Shown here in pieces: positions 18,092 to 27,353 of a stretch of DNA of 40,060 nt (within the stretch, counting starts at the first letter, position 1; each line of letters starts with the position of its first letter). The notes beneath the pieces are model-generated. The model made no database searches, was not told the origin of the DNA, and saw nothing but the letters and a program-made list of their open reading frames with translations. This stretch comes from Escherichia phage IMM-002. The stretch lies in the sequence record NC_048071.1, one strand, 5' to 3'. The translations under genes were made by a program, and so were the position numbers.

Positions 18092-18364
18092 ATGGGCATT
18101 AAGGCCATTGATGATGTTGTTAATCAACTCGTAGAGGAGAGACTTAAGGTCCCTGCATTCTCCGAGTCTGCCGTCCAGTTCCTGCACATCCTGTTCAACG
18201 CGAGCTATGCGTCTAAGCTGGGTGTCATCAACGACCTCAAGGCTGCTGGCCACAGTGAAGGCTATATCGCTGGGTTCATCGGCGGTCTTCAGTATTGTTC
18301 AGACACTCTGGACTCTGCGGTCGCTAAGCGTCAAAGCCTGAAGGACAACATTCAGTTCGACTAA
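18092..18364 (+). CDS. Hypothetical protein (gp6.5 position)
   Basis: 90-aa ORF, AAGAGGAG RBS; positional assignment. Confidence 0.5.
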   Translation: MGIKAIDDVVNQLVEERLKVPAFSESAVQFLHILFNASYASKLGVINDLKAAGHSEGYIAGFIGGLQYCSDTLDSAVAKRQSLKDNIQFD

Positions 18365-18374
18365 AGGAGGGACT

Positions 18375-18596
18375 ATGTGTTTCAGTCCGAAGATTAGCAC
18401 TCCGAAGCCATCCACCGCTGCACCTGAGCCAGCCCCTCTGAGTGAGGAAGTAGCTAGTGTCGACATCGGGGCTGAGGAAGGTGCGGACACCAACGAGACC
18501 AAGGGTATCAAAGACCTGAAAGTCAAGAAGGAGTCAACAGCCACTAAATCGTCCGTGGGTCGCGCTATGCGTAACACTGGCGTCAACATGGGGTAA
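18375..18596 (+). CDS. 6.7: gp6.7-like virion protein
   Basis: 73 aa; N-terminus MCFSPKISTPKP and AAPEPAPLSEEV match T7 gp6.7 MCFSPKIKTPKM...VEPAPLTQEV. Confidence 0.8.
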   Translation: MCFSPKISTPKPSTAAPEPAPLSEEVASVDIGAEEGADTNETKGIKDLKVKKESTATKSSVGRAMRNTGVNMG

Positions 18597-18600
18597 GACT

Positions 18601-19002
18601 ATGCTCCACTACCGAAACTCAAGCGATGGCCGCCGCATGGCTGCTGAACGCCTCTGGGAAGACGGACAGTCTGACTTCGCCTCATTCTCTGAGTTCAAAC
18701 AACATACCTTCCGTATGGCTGATGAGCTTGAGGGTGAGGAGTACACAATCTACGATGACGAGTGTAAGCCTGTGGCCTACCTCTACATGCTGGCGTCATC
18801 GTCTTGGCACCGAAAGACTCCCGGTCTTGACCTTTCCATTCTCGCTATCCGTAGTGACTCGCAGTCCTCCCGCAAGGTTCTTGAGACTGTCAGACACATT
18901 ATTGACGGAGAGTGCAGACGATGGGGTCTGAACTGGTGGTCCCGTGTCAAGCACAATGGGCCAGTAGACATCGTTACAACCAAGGAGATTAACCGTGGGT
19001 AA
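18601..19002 (+). CDS. Hypothetical protein (gp7 position)
   Basis: 133-aa ORF between 6.7 and 7.3; positional assignment only. Confidence 0.45.
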   Translation: MLHYRNSSDGRRMAAERLWEDGQSDFASFSEFKQHTFRMADELEGEEYTIYDDECKPVAYLYMLASSSWHRKTPGLDLSILAIRSDSQSSRKVLETVRHIIDGECRRWGLNWWSRVKHNGPVDIVTTKEINRG

Positions 19003-19249
19003 ATCCATTAGTAAAGCATTCAAGAAGGTAGTGGGCGGTGCGTTGAATACTGTAGGTCTTGGACCTTCTGCTGCTTCAGTTCCTAAGGCTGCTGACCAAC
19101 AGGTAGCCGCTGCTCCGGTCGAAGTACCGAAAGATACTGTGACTGACGTGGAAACCGATGTGACCGCAGAGGGCTCAAAGAAAGGTAAGCGTGTAGGTAA
19201 GCGCAGCCTGAGCGTCTCTCGCACTTCCGGTGGCGGCATCTCAATCTAA
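18995..19249 (+). CDS. 7.3: gp7.3-like virion protein
   Basis: GTG start after AAGGAG; MGKSISKAFKKVVGG... and C-terminal KRSLSVSRTSGGGISI match T7 gp7.3 (KKSLSVARSSGGGINI). Confidence 0.8.
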   Translation: MGKSISKAFKKVVGGALNTVGLGPSAASVPKAADQQVAAAPVEVPKDTVTDVETDVTAEGSKKGKRVGKRSLSVSRTSGGGISI

Positions 19250-19262
19250 GCGGGGGTGATTA

Positions 19263-20831
19263 ATGGCTGAACGTCAAGGCTTCGCTGCTGAAGGAGCCAA
19301 AGCGGTTTATGACCGATTAAAGAACGGTCGCCAGCCGTATGAGACACGAGCTCAGAACTGTGCGGCTGTCACCATCCCGTCCCTGTTCCCGAAAGAGTCC
19401 GACAACTCCTCAACAGAGTACACGACTCCGTGGCAAGCTGTAGGCGCTCGCTGTCTGAATAACCTAGCGGCTAAGCTAATGCTTGCCCTGTTCCCTCAGG
19501 CACCGTGGATGAGACTCACCGTCTCTGAGTATGAGGCCAAAACCTTGAGTCAAGACACTGAGGCTGCTGCCCGTGTTGACGAGGGGCTGGCTATGGTCGA
19601 GCGTGTGCTGATGGCCTATATGGAGACCAATAGTTTCCGTGTGCCACTGTTCGAGGCCCTGAAGCAACTTATCGTCTCAGGTAACTGTCTGCTCTACATC
19701 CCGCCTCCAGAACAGGGTCAGTATAGCCCAATGCGAATGTACCGTCTGGTCTCCTATGTGGTCCAGCGCGATGCGTTCGGTAACGTGCTACAGATTGTCA
19801 CCCTCGACAGGATTGCGTTTAGTGCTCTGCCGGAAGACGTTCAGTCTCAGCTCAACGCTGATGACTATGAGCCGGACACCGAGTTGGACGTCTACACGCA
19901 CATCTACCGGGAAGGCGATGAGTACCTGCGTTATGAGGAAGTGGAAGGCGTAGAGGTTAACGGGACCGATGGTTCCTATCCACTTGATGCCTGCCCGTAC
20001 ATCCCGGTACGCATGGTCAGACTGGATGGTGAAGACTATGGTCGTTCCTACGCTGAAGAGTATCTTGGGGACCTGAACTCTCTGGAGACAATTACCGAGG
20101 CTATCACCAAGATGGCTAAGGTCGCCGCTAAGGTGGTGGGTCTGGTCAATCCGAACGGTATCACCCAGCCTCGTCGCCTGAACAAGGCAGCTACTGGTGA
20201 GTTTGTGGCCGGACGCATTGAGGACATCAACTTCCTGCAATTGACGAAAGGTCAGGACTTTACGATTGCCAAGTCGGTGGCTGACGCTATCGAGCAACGT
20301 TTAGGCTGGGCCTTCCTGCTTAACTCTGCTGTCCAGCGTAATGCTGAGCGAGTGACTGCTGAAGAGATTCGTTATGTTGCTGGTGAGCTTGAGGCGACTC
20401 TAGGCGGTGTGTACTCCGTGCAGTCTCAGGAGATGCAGCTACCTCTGGTCCGTGTGCTACTGAACCAGCTTCAGTCCGCTGGCATGATTCCTGACCTTCC
20501 GAAAGAAGCGGTAGAGCCTACGGTCTCCACTGGTCTGGAAGCTCTGGGTCGTGGTCAGGATTTGGAGAAGCTGACTCAGGCGGTGAACATGATGACTGGA
20601 CTTCAGCCTCTGGCTCAGGACCCGGACATCAACTTGCCGACCCTTAAGCTGCGACTCCTGAACGCTCTGGGTATCGACACCGCTGGTCTGCTCCTGACGC
20701 AAGACGAGAAGCTGAAACGCATGGCTGAGCAGTCGTCTCAACAGGCAGTCGTCCAAGGTGCTGGTGCTGCTGGTGCTAACATGGGTGCTGCGGTCGGTCA
20801 GGGTGCTGGTGAGGACATGGCTCAGGCTTAA
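19263..20831 (+). CDS. 8: Head-to-tail connector (portal) protein
   Basis: 522 aa, size and position of T7 gp8, first gene of the structural block. Confidence 0.9.
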   Translation: MAERQGFAAEGAKAVYDRLKNGRQPYETRAQNCAAVTIPSLFPKESDNSSTEYTTPWQAVGARCLNNLAAKLMLALFPQAPWMRLTVSEYEAKTLSQDTEAAARVDEGLAMVERVLMAYMETNSFRVPLFEALKQLIVSGNCLLYIPPPEQGQYSPMRMYRLVSYVVQRDAFGNVLQIVTLDRIAFSALPEDVQSQLNADDYEPDTELDVYTHIYREGDEYLRYEEVEGVEVNGTDGSYPLDACPYIPVRMVRLDGEDYGRSYAEEYLGDLNSLETITEAITKMAKVAAKVVGLVNPNGITQPRRLNKAATGEFVAGRIEDINFLQLTKGQDFTIAKSVADAIEQRLGWAFLLNSAVQRNAERVTAEEIRYVAGELEATLGGVYSVQSQEMQLPLVRVLLNQLQSAGMIPDLPKEAVEPTVSTGLEALGRGQDLEKLTQAVNMMTGLQPLAQDPDINLPTLKLRLLNALGIDTAGLLLTQDEKLKRMAEQSSQQAVVQGAGAAGANMGAAVGQGAGEDMAQA

Positions 20832-20848
20832 CTATCACTATAGGAACA
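20826..20848 (+). promoter_or_regulatory. Phage RNAP promoter (phi9-equivalent)
   Basis: GCTTAACTATCACTATAGGAAC, +1 about 20843; followed by hairpin AACAGG...CCTGTT. Confidence 0.8.
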
Positions 20849-20900
20849 ACAGGTCAGACTCTTGGCCTGTTACCTATTAACTTTAAGACAGGAGGACTTA

Positions 20901-21776
20901 ATGTCTCAATCAGTTTATGCCGAGTTCGGCGTTAGCCCTAATGCAATCACTGGCTCCGTTGAGGACCTGAACGAACATCAACAGTCTATGCTGGAGAAGG
21001 ACGTAGCTGTCCGTGATGGCGATGATGCTATTACCTTCAAGCAACTGGAAGCCGAGCAGGAAGAGGCGACCGAAGAAGACGAGAACGTCGAAGAGACTGA
21101 AGAGGAAGAAGAGGTTGAAGAAACCGAAGACTCCGAAGGTCAAGACCAAGAGTTCATCGAACTGGGTGACACTCCGAAAGAGCTGACCGAAAGTGTCTCT
21201 GCTCTGGACGAGAACGAAGCTGCATTCGATGACATGGTGTCTGCTGCTGTAGAAGCTGGCAAGGTCACTGCTGATGACATCGCCACTATCAAGGCTGAAT
21301 ACGCTGCGAACGGTGAGCTGTCCGAGGCATCCTACGCTAAGCTGGCTGAAGCTGGCTACACCAAGCGTTTCGTCGATTCGTTCGTCCGTGGTCAGGAAGC
21401 TCTGGCTGAGCAGTATGCTGCTGGTGTGATTCGCTACGCTGGTGGTGCTGAGCAGTTCAACCGCATCCTGTCTCACCTTGAGGCCAACGACAAGTCCACC
21501 AAGGAGGCCCTTGAGTCTGCCATCATCCGTAAGGACTTGGTGACAGCTAAGGCTATCCTGAATCTGGCTGGTCGTAACCTCGGTAAGGCTCGTGGTGTCC
21601 AGCCTCAGCGTACCATCACCACTCAGGGTAAACCAGCGGTCTCTGCACCGAAGGTCGAGACTGAAGGCTTCAGCTCCAAGGCTGATATGGTCAAGGCCAT
21701 GAGTGACCCGCGCTATCTGCGTGACGCTAAGTACACGATGGATGTACGCGCTAAGGTTGCTGCGTCTAGCCTGTAA
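20901..21776 (+). CDS. 9: Capsid assembly (scaffolding) protein
   Basis: 291 aa from ATG 20901 (AGGAGG RBS); acidic, VYAEFGV, AVRDGDDAI, EASYAKLAEAGYTKRFVDSFVRGQEALAEQY, AKAILNLAG, AMSDPRY match T7 gp9. Confidence 0.9.
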   Translation: MSQSVYAEFGVSPNAITGSVEDLNEHQQSMLEKDVAVRDGDDAITFKQLEAEQEEATEEDENVEETEEEEEVEETEDSEGQDQEFIELGDTPKELTESVSALDENEAAFDDMVSAAVEAGKVTADDIATIKAEYAANGELSEASYAKLAEAGYTKRFVDSFVRGQEALAEQYAAGVIRYAGGAEQFNRILSHLEANDKSTKEALESAIIRKDLVTAKAILNLAGRNLGKARGVQPQRTITTQGKPAVSAPKVETEGFSSKADMVKAMSDPRYLRDAKYTMDVRAKVAASSL

Positions 21777-21781
21777 GCTGG

Positions 21782-21804
21782 ACTAAACTATCACTATAGG
21801 GAGA
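21782..21804 (+). promoter_or_regulatory. Phage RNAP promoter (phi10-equivalent), best match to consensus
   Basis: CTAAACTATCACTATAGGGAGA, +1 about 21799. Confidence 0.9.
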
Positions 21805-21907
21805 CCAAGAGTAGAGACTCAAGGTTTCCCTGTAACTTCAGTCCATACGGATTGGGCATAACGAAGTCACTAAACTTTATCTTTCATTCGAATAGGAGAA
21901 TTATCAT

Positions 21908-22957
21908 ATGGCAAACGTACCGGGTCAGAAAATTGGTCAGAACCAAGGTAAAGGCAATACCAATACCGACCAGCTCGCACTGTTCCTGAAGGTCTTCGCT
22001 GGTGAAGTCCTGACCGCTTTCACTCGTCGTTCCGTTACTGCTGACAAGCATATTGTCCGCACCATTCAGAACGGTAAGTCCGCACAGTTCCCGGTCATGG
22101 GTCGCACCTCTGGTGTGTATCTGGCTCCGGGTGAGCGCCTGAGCGATAAGCGCAAGGGCATCAAACACACCGAGAAGGTTATCACCATTGATGGTCTGCT
22201 GACCGCTGACGTGATGATTTTCGACATCGAAGACGCTATGAACCACTATGACGTGGCTGGCGAGTATTCCAACCAGCTCGGTGAAGCTCTGGCCATCGCT
22301 GCTGACGGTGCGGTACTGGCTGAGATGGCGATTCTGTGTAACCTCCCGGCTGCATCGGATGAGAACATCGCTGGTCTGGGCAAAGCGTCCGTACTGGAAG
22401 TTGGCACAAAAGCTGACTTGAACACTCCGGCCAAACTTGGTGAAGCAATCATCGGTCAATTGACCATCGCTCGTGCTCGTCTGACTTCCAACTATGTTCC
22501 CGCTGGCGACCGTTACTTCTACACCACGCCTGACAACTACTCTGCGATTCTGGCTGCTCTGATGCCTAACGCTGCTAACTACGCTGCGCTGATTGACCCT
22601 GAGACTGGCAACATCCGTAACGTAATGGGCTTCGTTGTGGTTGAAGTTCCGCACCTGACTCAGGGTGGCGCTGGTGAGACCCGTGGTGATGACGGTATCT
22701 CCATTGCTTCAGGTCAGAAACACGCATTCCCAGCGACTTCCAGCACTACCGTTAAGGTCGCTCTGGACAACGTTGTGGGCCTGTTCTCTCACCGTTCTGC
22801 TGTGGGTACTGTTAAGCTGCGTGACTTGGCGCTGGAACGTGACCGTGACGTCGATGCTCAGGGCGACCTGATTGTCGGTAAGTACGCGATGGGTCACGGT
22901 GGTCTGCGTCCTGAAGCAGCAGGCGCACTGGTTTTCACAGCGGCGTCAGCGGGTTAA
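21908..22957 (+). CDS. 10A: Major capsid protein (10A)
   Basis: 349 aa; TNQGKG, LALFLKVFAGEVLTAF, GKSAQFPV, HTEKVITIDGLLTADV, EDAMNHYDV, SAILAALMPNAANYAALIDPE, NVMGFVVVEVPHLT, HRSAVGTVKLRDLALER, KYAMGHGGLRPEAAGA nearly identical in pattern to T7 gp10A. Confidence 0.97.
   Translation: MANVPGQKIGQNQGKGNTNTDQLALFLKVFAGEVLTAFTRRSVTADKHIVRTIQNGKSAQFPVMGRTSGVYLAPGERLSDKRKGIKHTEKVITIDGLLTADVMIFDIEDAMNHYDVAGEYSNQLGEALAIAADGAVLAEMAILCNLPAASDENIAGLGKASVLEVGTKADLNTPAKLGEAIIGQLTIARARLTSNYVPAGDRYFYTTPDNYSAILAALMPNAANYAALIDPETGNIRNVMGFVVVEVPHLTQGGAGETRGDDGISIASGQKHAFPATSSTTVKVALDNVVGLFSHRSAVGTVKLRDLALERDRDVDAQGDLIVGKYAMGHGGLRPEAAGALVFTAASAG
22930..22936 (+). other. Candidate -1 programmed ribosomal frameshift heptamer G-GTT-TTC
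   Basis: Heptamer lies in the 10A frame 21 nt before the 10A stop; the -1 frame is open from here to 23220. Confidence 0.5.
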
Positions 22958-23220
22958 CGACCTTTAAGGCCCTCTCTACAGAGGGTCCTTCCTTAGAGAC
23001 TTACAGTTCTACGGTGGGGACCAGCTTGAAGGTTGACTTCCCTGAGCTTTCAGACGTTACCGATTGGTCGCTGCTTGAGGTGACTACGCCTGATGGTGTT
23101 AGTTACTCCCGTAGAACCAACAGTCTCTACTTCAAGGCCACCTCTGGCGTGGAAGGTCTGGTGATTGTTGGGTATGACGGTTCGCCTGTGCGTTCCTTCA
23201 ACGTATCTTTCACAAACTAA
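22936..23220 (+). CDS. 10B: Predicted C-terminal extension of minor capsid protein 10B (reached by -1 frameshift from 10A)
   Basis: -1 frame open for about 95 codons past the slip site and ending just before the terminator; no independent RBS for the 68-aa track ORF 23014..23220. Confidence 0.5.
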   Translation, partial: HSGVSGLTTFKALSTEGPSLETYSSTVGTSLKVDFPELSDVTDWSLLEVTTPDGVSYSRRTNSLYFKATSGVEGLVIVGYDGSPVRSFNVSFTN

Positions 23221-23225
23221 TTGAA

Positions 23226-23265
23226 ACCCCTTGGGTGCCTTCGGGTGCTTGAGGGGTTTTTCGTT
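23226..23265 (+). terminator. Rho-independent terminator (Tphi-equivalent)
   Basis: AACCCCTTGGGTGCCTTCGGGTGCTTGAGGGGTTTTTCG closely resembles T7 Tphi (AACCCCTTGGGGCCTCTAAACGGGTCTTGAGGGGTTTTTTG). Confidence 0.85.
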
Positions 23266-23278
23266 AAGAGGAGGACTC

Positions 23279-23845
23279 ATGGCAGTCTATATCCCACTAA
23301 ATACTAACGACGACTTAGACGCTATAAATGACATGCTGGCGGCTATCGGTGAACCTGCGGTCCTTCAACTGGACGAAGGGAACGCTGACGTCTCAAACGC
23401 AATGCGCATTCTACAGAGAGTCAACCGTCAGGTACAAGCTAAGGGCTGGAACTTTAACATCAACGAGGCTGCGGTCTTGACTCCAGACATATCTGACAAC
23501 CAGATTCGCTGGCTACCGTCCTACCTTCGGGTAATGACTACCGGAGCCACCAGCTATTACAGTAACATGGGTGGTTACGTTTATGACCTAAGCACTCAGT
23601 CAACAACCTTCACAGCTGCAATCACAGTCGAGCTGGTAGAGCTGAAACCCTATGGTGAGATGCCTGTTGTCTTCCGGGACTATATCGTGACCAAGGCAAG
23701 CCGAGAGTTCAACGCTAAGTTCTTCGGTAGCCCTGAGGCTGAGATGTATCTCCGTGAGCAGGAAGCAGAGCTGTATCAGCAGGTGATGGAATACGAGATG
23801 GACACTGGTCGCTACAACATGATGTCTTCCATCGGTCGAGACTAA
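23279..23845 (+). CDS. 11: Tail tubular protein A
   Basis: 188 aa from ATG 23279 (GAGGAGG RBS; track ORF opens upstream inside the terminator); ILASIGEP-like AIGEPAV, RGWNFNI, GGYVYD, YIVTKASREFNAKFFGSPE, EYEMD match T7 gp11. Confidence 0.9.
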   Translation: MAVYIPLNTNDDLDAINDMLAAIGEPAVLQLDEGNADVSNAMRILQRVNRQVQAKGWNFNINEAAVLTPDISDNQIRWLPSYLRVMTTGATSYYSNMGGYVYDLSTQSTTFTAAITVELVELKPYGEMPVVFRDYIVTKASREFNAKFFGSPEAEMYLREQEAELYQQVMEYEMDTGRYNMMSSIGRD

Positions 23846-23858
23846 TAGAGGAGGTGCT

Positions 23859-26213
23859 ATGCCACTTATTACGCAATCAATAAAGAACCTTAAGGGTGGC
23901 ATTAGCCAACAGCCTGACATCCTGCGGTTCTCTGACCAAGGTGAGGAGCAGGTCAACTGCTGGTCATCCGAGAGTGATGGCCTACAGAAGCGACCTCCGA
24001 CCGTCTGGAAGAAGAGACTCCAGATTGACGTAGGGTCAGCCCCTAAGTTCCACCTGATTAACCGAGACGAAGTGGAGCAATACTACATCGTCTTCAATGG
24101 GTCGAACATTCAGGTCGTGGACCTTGAGGGGAACCCCTATGCTGTCTCCGGTGATATGGGCTACGTGCAGACCAGCAACCCAAGGGATGACATCCGGGTT
24201 ATCACGGTAGCAGACTATACGTTCATCGTTAACCGCAAGATGGTCGTTCGGGCAGGGACCGATAAGTCTCATCCGGGCTACAACACGAAGAACCGGGCGC
24301 TGATTAACCTGCGTGGTGGTCAGTATGGTCGAACACTGAAGGTAGGAATCAACGGTGGAGTCAAGGTGGAGCACAAGCTGCCGAATGGAGCTAACGCCGA
24401 GGAGGACCCTCCTAAGGTCGACGCACAGGCCATTGGTGCGGCCCTGAGGGACTTACTGGTAGCGGCTTACCCGAACTATACGTTAGCCCTTGGGTCCGGC
24501 TACCTGACTATTACAGCACCTGTTGGGACGGAAATCACCTCAGTCGAGACCGAGGATGGATACGCTAACCAGCTCATCAACCCGGTGCTGGATACAGTCC
24601 AGACAGTTTCTAAGCTGCCTCTGGCTGCACCTAACGGCTACATCATCAAGATTCAGGGAGAGACCAACAGTAGCGCCGATGAGTATTTCGTGGTGTATGA
24701 CTCCAACACAAAGACGTGGAAGGAGACGGTAGAGCCGGGGACCGTGATTGGATTTGACAATCAGTCCATGCCACACGCTCTGGTCCGTCAGGCCGATGGG
24801 TCATTTGACTTCAAGGAGATGGAGTGGTCAGGACGTGGGGCTGGCAACGATGACACCAACCCGATGCCGAGCTTTGTTGACTCAACCATCAACGACGTGT
24901 TCTTCTACCGAAACCGTCTGGGATTCCTGTCTGGTGAGAACGTCATCATGTCCCGCTCTGCCGGATACTTTGCGTTCTTCCCTAAGTCGGTGGCGACCCT
25001 CAGTGATGATGACCCGATTGACGTGGCTGTGAGTCACCCTAGAATCTCCATCCTGAAGTATGCTGTGCCGTTCAGCGAGCAGTTGCTACTGTGGTCCGAC
25101 GAGGTGCAGTTCGTGATGACCAGCTCTGGAGTCCTGACCGCTAAGTCCATCCAGCTTGACGTTGGCTCTGAGTTCGCTCTGGGGGATAACGCTCGACCAT
25201 TCGCTGTGGGACGCTCAGTCTTCTTCTCAGCACCGCGCGGGTCGTTCACCAGCATTAATCGTTACTTTGCGGTGGCTGACGTCACTGACGTGAAGGATGC
25301 TGACGACACCACTGGTCATGTATTGTCCTACATCCCTAACGGAGTGTTTGACATTCAGGGGACCGGGACGGAGAACTTCATAGTAGTGAATACCTCTGGT
25401 GCCTACAACCGGATGTACATCTACAAGTTCCTGTTCAGGGATGGAGTACAGCTTCAGGCTTCATGGTCTCACTGGGAGTTTGAGCCTAACGAGCGAGTAT
25501 TGGCGTCCGCTGCTATCGGGTCAACCGTCTACATCGTTAAGCAACACTCTCAAGGTGTGGACATTGAGCACCTGAAGTTCATCAAGGAGGCCACGGACTT
25601 CAGAACCGAGCCGTATCGACTCCACGTCGATTCTAAGGCTACCATGCAGATTCCTACGGACAGCTATAACCCTGAGACGTTCGTCACTCTGGTGAACATT
25701 GGGAACGCCTACGGTGGCAATGCTCCACCACGGGGTAACTACTTCCTGATTGATTCTCAGGGTGCCTATACGTCTCTTGGTCTTCTGGACGGTCAGACTC
25801 TGGTCAACCTGAAAGGGGATTGGTCAGGACGTGAGGTATTCATTGGCCGCTCCTATAACATGCGCTACAGGTTCTCTCGCTTCTTGATTAAGAAAGAGGA
25901 CGACTCTGGGGTGCAGACTGAGGACACCGGGCGTCTACAGCTTCGTCGAGCTTGGGTGAACTATCAGGACACTGGCGCTCTGCGACTGACGGTCTCCAAC
26001 GGTCAGCGTGAGTTCGTCAACATCCTGAACGGGTACACCTTGGGTCAGCAGACTTTAGGCACCAGCAACATCGGTGACGGTCAGTTCCGCTTCGCAATGA
26101 ACGGTAACGCGATGACCACAAGTCTTGTCCTTGAGTCCGACTATCCGACCCCAGTGTCCATCGTGGGGTGCGGCTGGGAGGCTTCATACGCTAAGAAAGC
26201 GCAACGAGTCTAA
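23859..26213 (+). CDS. 12: Tail tubular protein B
   Basis: 784 aa, size and position of T7 gp12 (794 aa). Confidence 0.9.
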   Translation: MPLITQSIKNLKGGISQQPDILRFSDQGEEQVNCWSSESDGLQKRPPTVWKKRLQIDVGSAPKFHLINRDEVEQYYIVFNGSNIQVVDLEGNPYAVSGDMGYVQTSNPRDDIRVITVADYTFIVNRKMVVRAGTDKSHPGYNTKNRALINLRGGQYGRTLKVGINGGVKVEHKLPNGANAEEDPPKVDAQAIGAALRDLLVAAYPNYTLALGSGYLTITAPVGTEITSVETEDGYANQLINPVLDTVQTVSKLPLAAPNGYIIKIQGETNSSADEYFVVYDSNTKTWKETVEPGTVIGFDNQSMPHALVRQADGSFDFKEMEWSGRGAGNDDTNPMPSFVDSTINDVFFYRNRLGFLSGENVIMSRSAGYFAFFPKSVATLSDDDPIDVAVSHPRISILKYAVPFSEQLLLWSDEVQFVMTSSGVLTAKSIQLDVGSEFALGDNARPFAVGRSVFFSAPRGSFTSINRYFAVADVTDVKDADDTTGHVLSYIPNGVFDIQGTGTENFIVVNTSGAYNRMYIYKFLFRDGVQLQASWSHWEFEPNERVLASAAIGSTVYIVKQHSQGVDIEHLKFIKEATDFRTEPYRLHVDSKATMQIPTDSYNPETFVTLVNIGNAYGGNAPPRGNYFLIDSQGAYTSLGLLDGQTLVNLKGDWSGREVFIGRSYNMRYRFSRFLIKKEDDSGVQTEDTGRLQLRRAWVNYQDTGALRLTVSNGQREFVNILNGYTLGQQTLGTSNIGDGQFRFAMNGNAMTTSLVLESDYPTPVSIVGCGWEASYAKKAQRV

Positions 26214-26237
26214 CTTATTGATTGGCCTATAGATTCA

Positions 26238-26260
26238 CCTTAACTATCACTATAGGGACT
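26238..26260 (+). promoter_or_regulatory. Phage RNAP promoter (phi13-equivalent)
   Basis: CCTTAACTATCACTATAGGGAC, +1 about 26255; leader shares TACTTTAAGAGGAGACTTTA with the 18007 promoter leader. Confidence 0.85.
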
Positions 26261-26299
26261 ATAGGCCCTTTAAGTTATAATACTTTAAGAGGAGACTTT

Positions 26300-26770
26300 A
26301 TGTATATTCGTAAAGCTACGGAATCAGATGTCCACTACTTTCTCTGGCATCTTTCAGCAGATGATGTTAATGAATGCAAAGCAAACTACGGGTCAACCGT
26401 AGGTCTCTCTGAAAGACTGCTTAAGCATTTATCTCCGTCATCTGTGGTTTTAACGAACGGTGTAGGCGAAGTGTTTGCCTATGGCGGGAACCAAGGGGAC
26501 AACGTATGGTTCTTGACTTCAGGTCAGGTCTACAAGCTGAGACCTAAAGAGAAGAGAGAGTTCATAAAGCGTATCTCTGAGTACAGGGACTTAATGTTAG
26601 ACCAATACGGGACCATCTGGAACTACGTGTGGTCAGGCAATAAGTCTCACATTAAATTCTTGAAGTTGCTGGGCGCTAAGTTTCACCCTGAGGTGACTAT
26701 CAGTCCGGTAACTGGTGAGCGTTTTCAACTATTCACAATCTCTAAGGAGGACGTATGTGCGAACCCGTGA
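26300..26770 (+). CDS. Internal virion protein at gene 13 position
   Basis: 156 aa from ATG 26300 (AGAGGAG RBS; track ORF opens at 26222 through the promoter); lower GC than neighbours; positional assignment. Confidence 0.5.
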   Translation: MYIRKATESDVHYFLWHLSADDVNECKANYGSTVGLSERLLKHLSPSSVVLTNGVGEVFAYGGNQGDNVWFLTSGQVYKLRPKEKREFIKRISEYRDLMLDQYGTIWNYVWSGNKSHIKFLKLLGAKFHPEVTISPVTGERFQLFTISKEDVCANP

Positions 26771-27342
26771 GCATTGGTATGGGCATCATGGCAGTAGCCG
26801 GGGCCGCTATGTCCGCTTCGAGTCAGGCGAAAGCTGAGGGTGCCGCCATTGACGCTCAGAACCGACAGGCTCAGGAGATGATTAAGCAGATGAACTACTC
26901 TGATGTCAACCTGAAGATGCAGGAGCGAGACCTCAAGGAACAACAGGTCGCTGAGCTAACCGAGACGACTCTGAACGGTATCCGTAATCAGGGTATGGTA
27001 CGAGCTGCTGTAGCTGAGTCTGGACTTGAAGGCAACTCCATGGACCGCATTGAGCGGGACGTAGAGGGGCAGACAGTCAAAGAGCGTGCAGGTATCACCG
27101 AGAGCTATGGCCGTGACTATGCGGCTATCTTCGGGAACCGTATTTCCAACATTGAGAATACCAAGTCCGCTATCAAAGGTCAGGGTAAGATTCTCAAGAC
27201 CAGCCCACTGGCTCATGCGCTTAATGTGGCGAACGCCGGGATGCAAGGGTACGCAATGGGTAACTCAATCGCTGGTGCCTCTCCGTCTCAGGGCGCAGCC
27301 CCAATTAGTGCTGCTAAAGGCACACCTACAGGTCATAGCTAA
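26755..27342 (+). CDS. 14: Internal virion protein A
   Basis: 195 aa; ESGLEGNSMDRIER and YGRDYAAIFG align with T7 gp14 (ESMLEGSSMDRIKR, YRRDYQAIFA). Confidence 0.85.
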   Translation: MCEPVSIGMGIMAVAGAAMSASSQAKAEGAAIDAQNRQAQEMIKQMNYSDVNLKMQERDLKEQQVAELTETTLNGIRNQGMVRAAVAESGLEGNSMDRIERDVEGQTVKERAGITESYGRDYAAIFGNRISNIENTKSAIKGQGKILKTSPLAHALNVANAGMQGYAMGNSIAGASPSQGAAPISAAKGTPTGHS

Positions 27343-27353
27343 CAGGAGGACCA

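Noticed and set aside
23014-23220. 68-aa ORF as an independent gene
   Set aside because: No RBS and a GTG start; better explained as the -1 frame extension of capsid protein 10B
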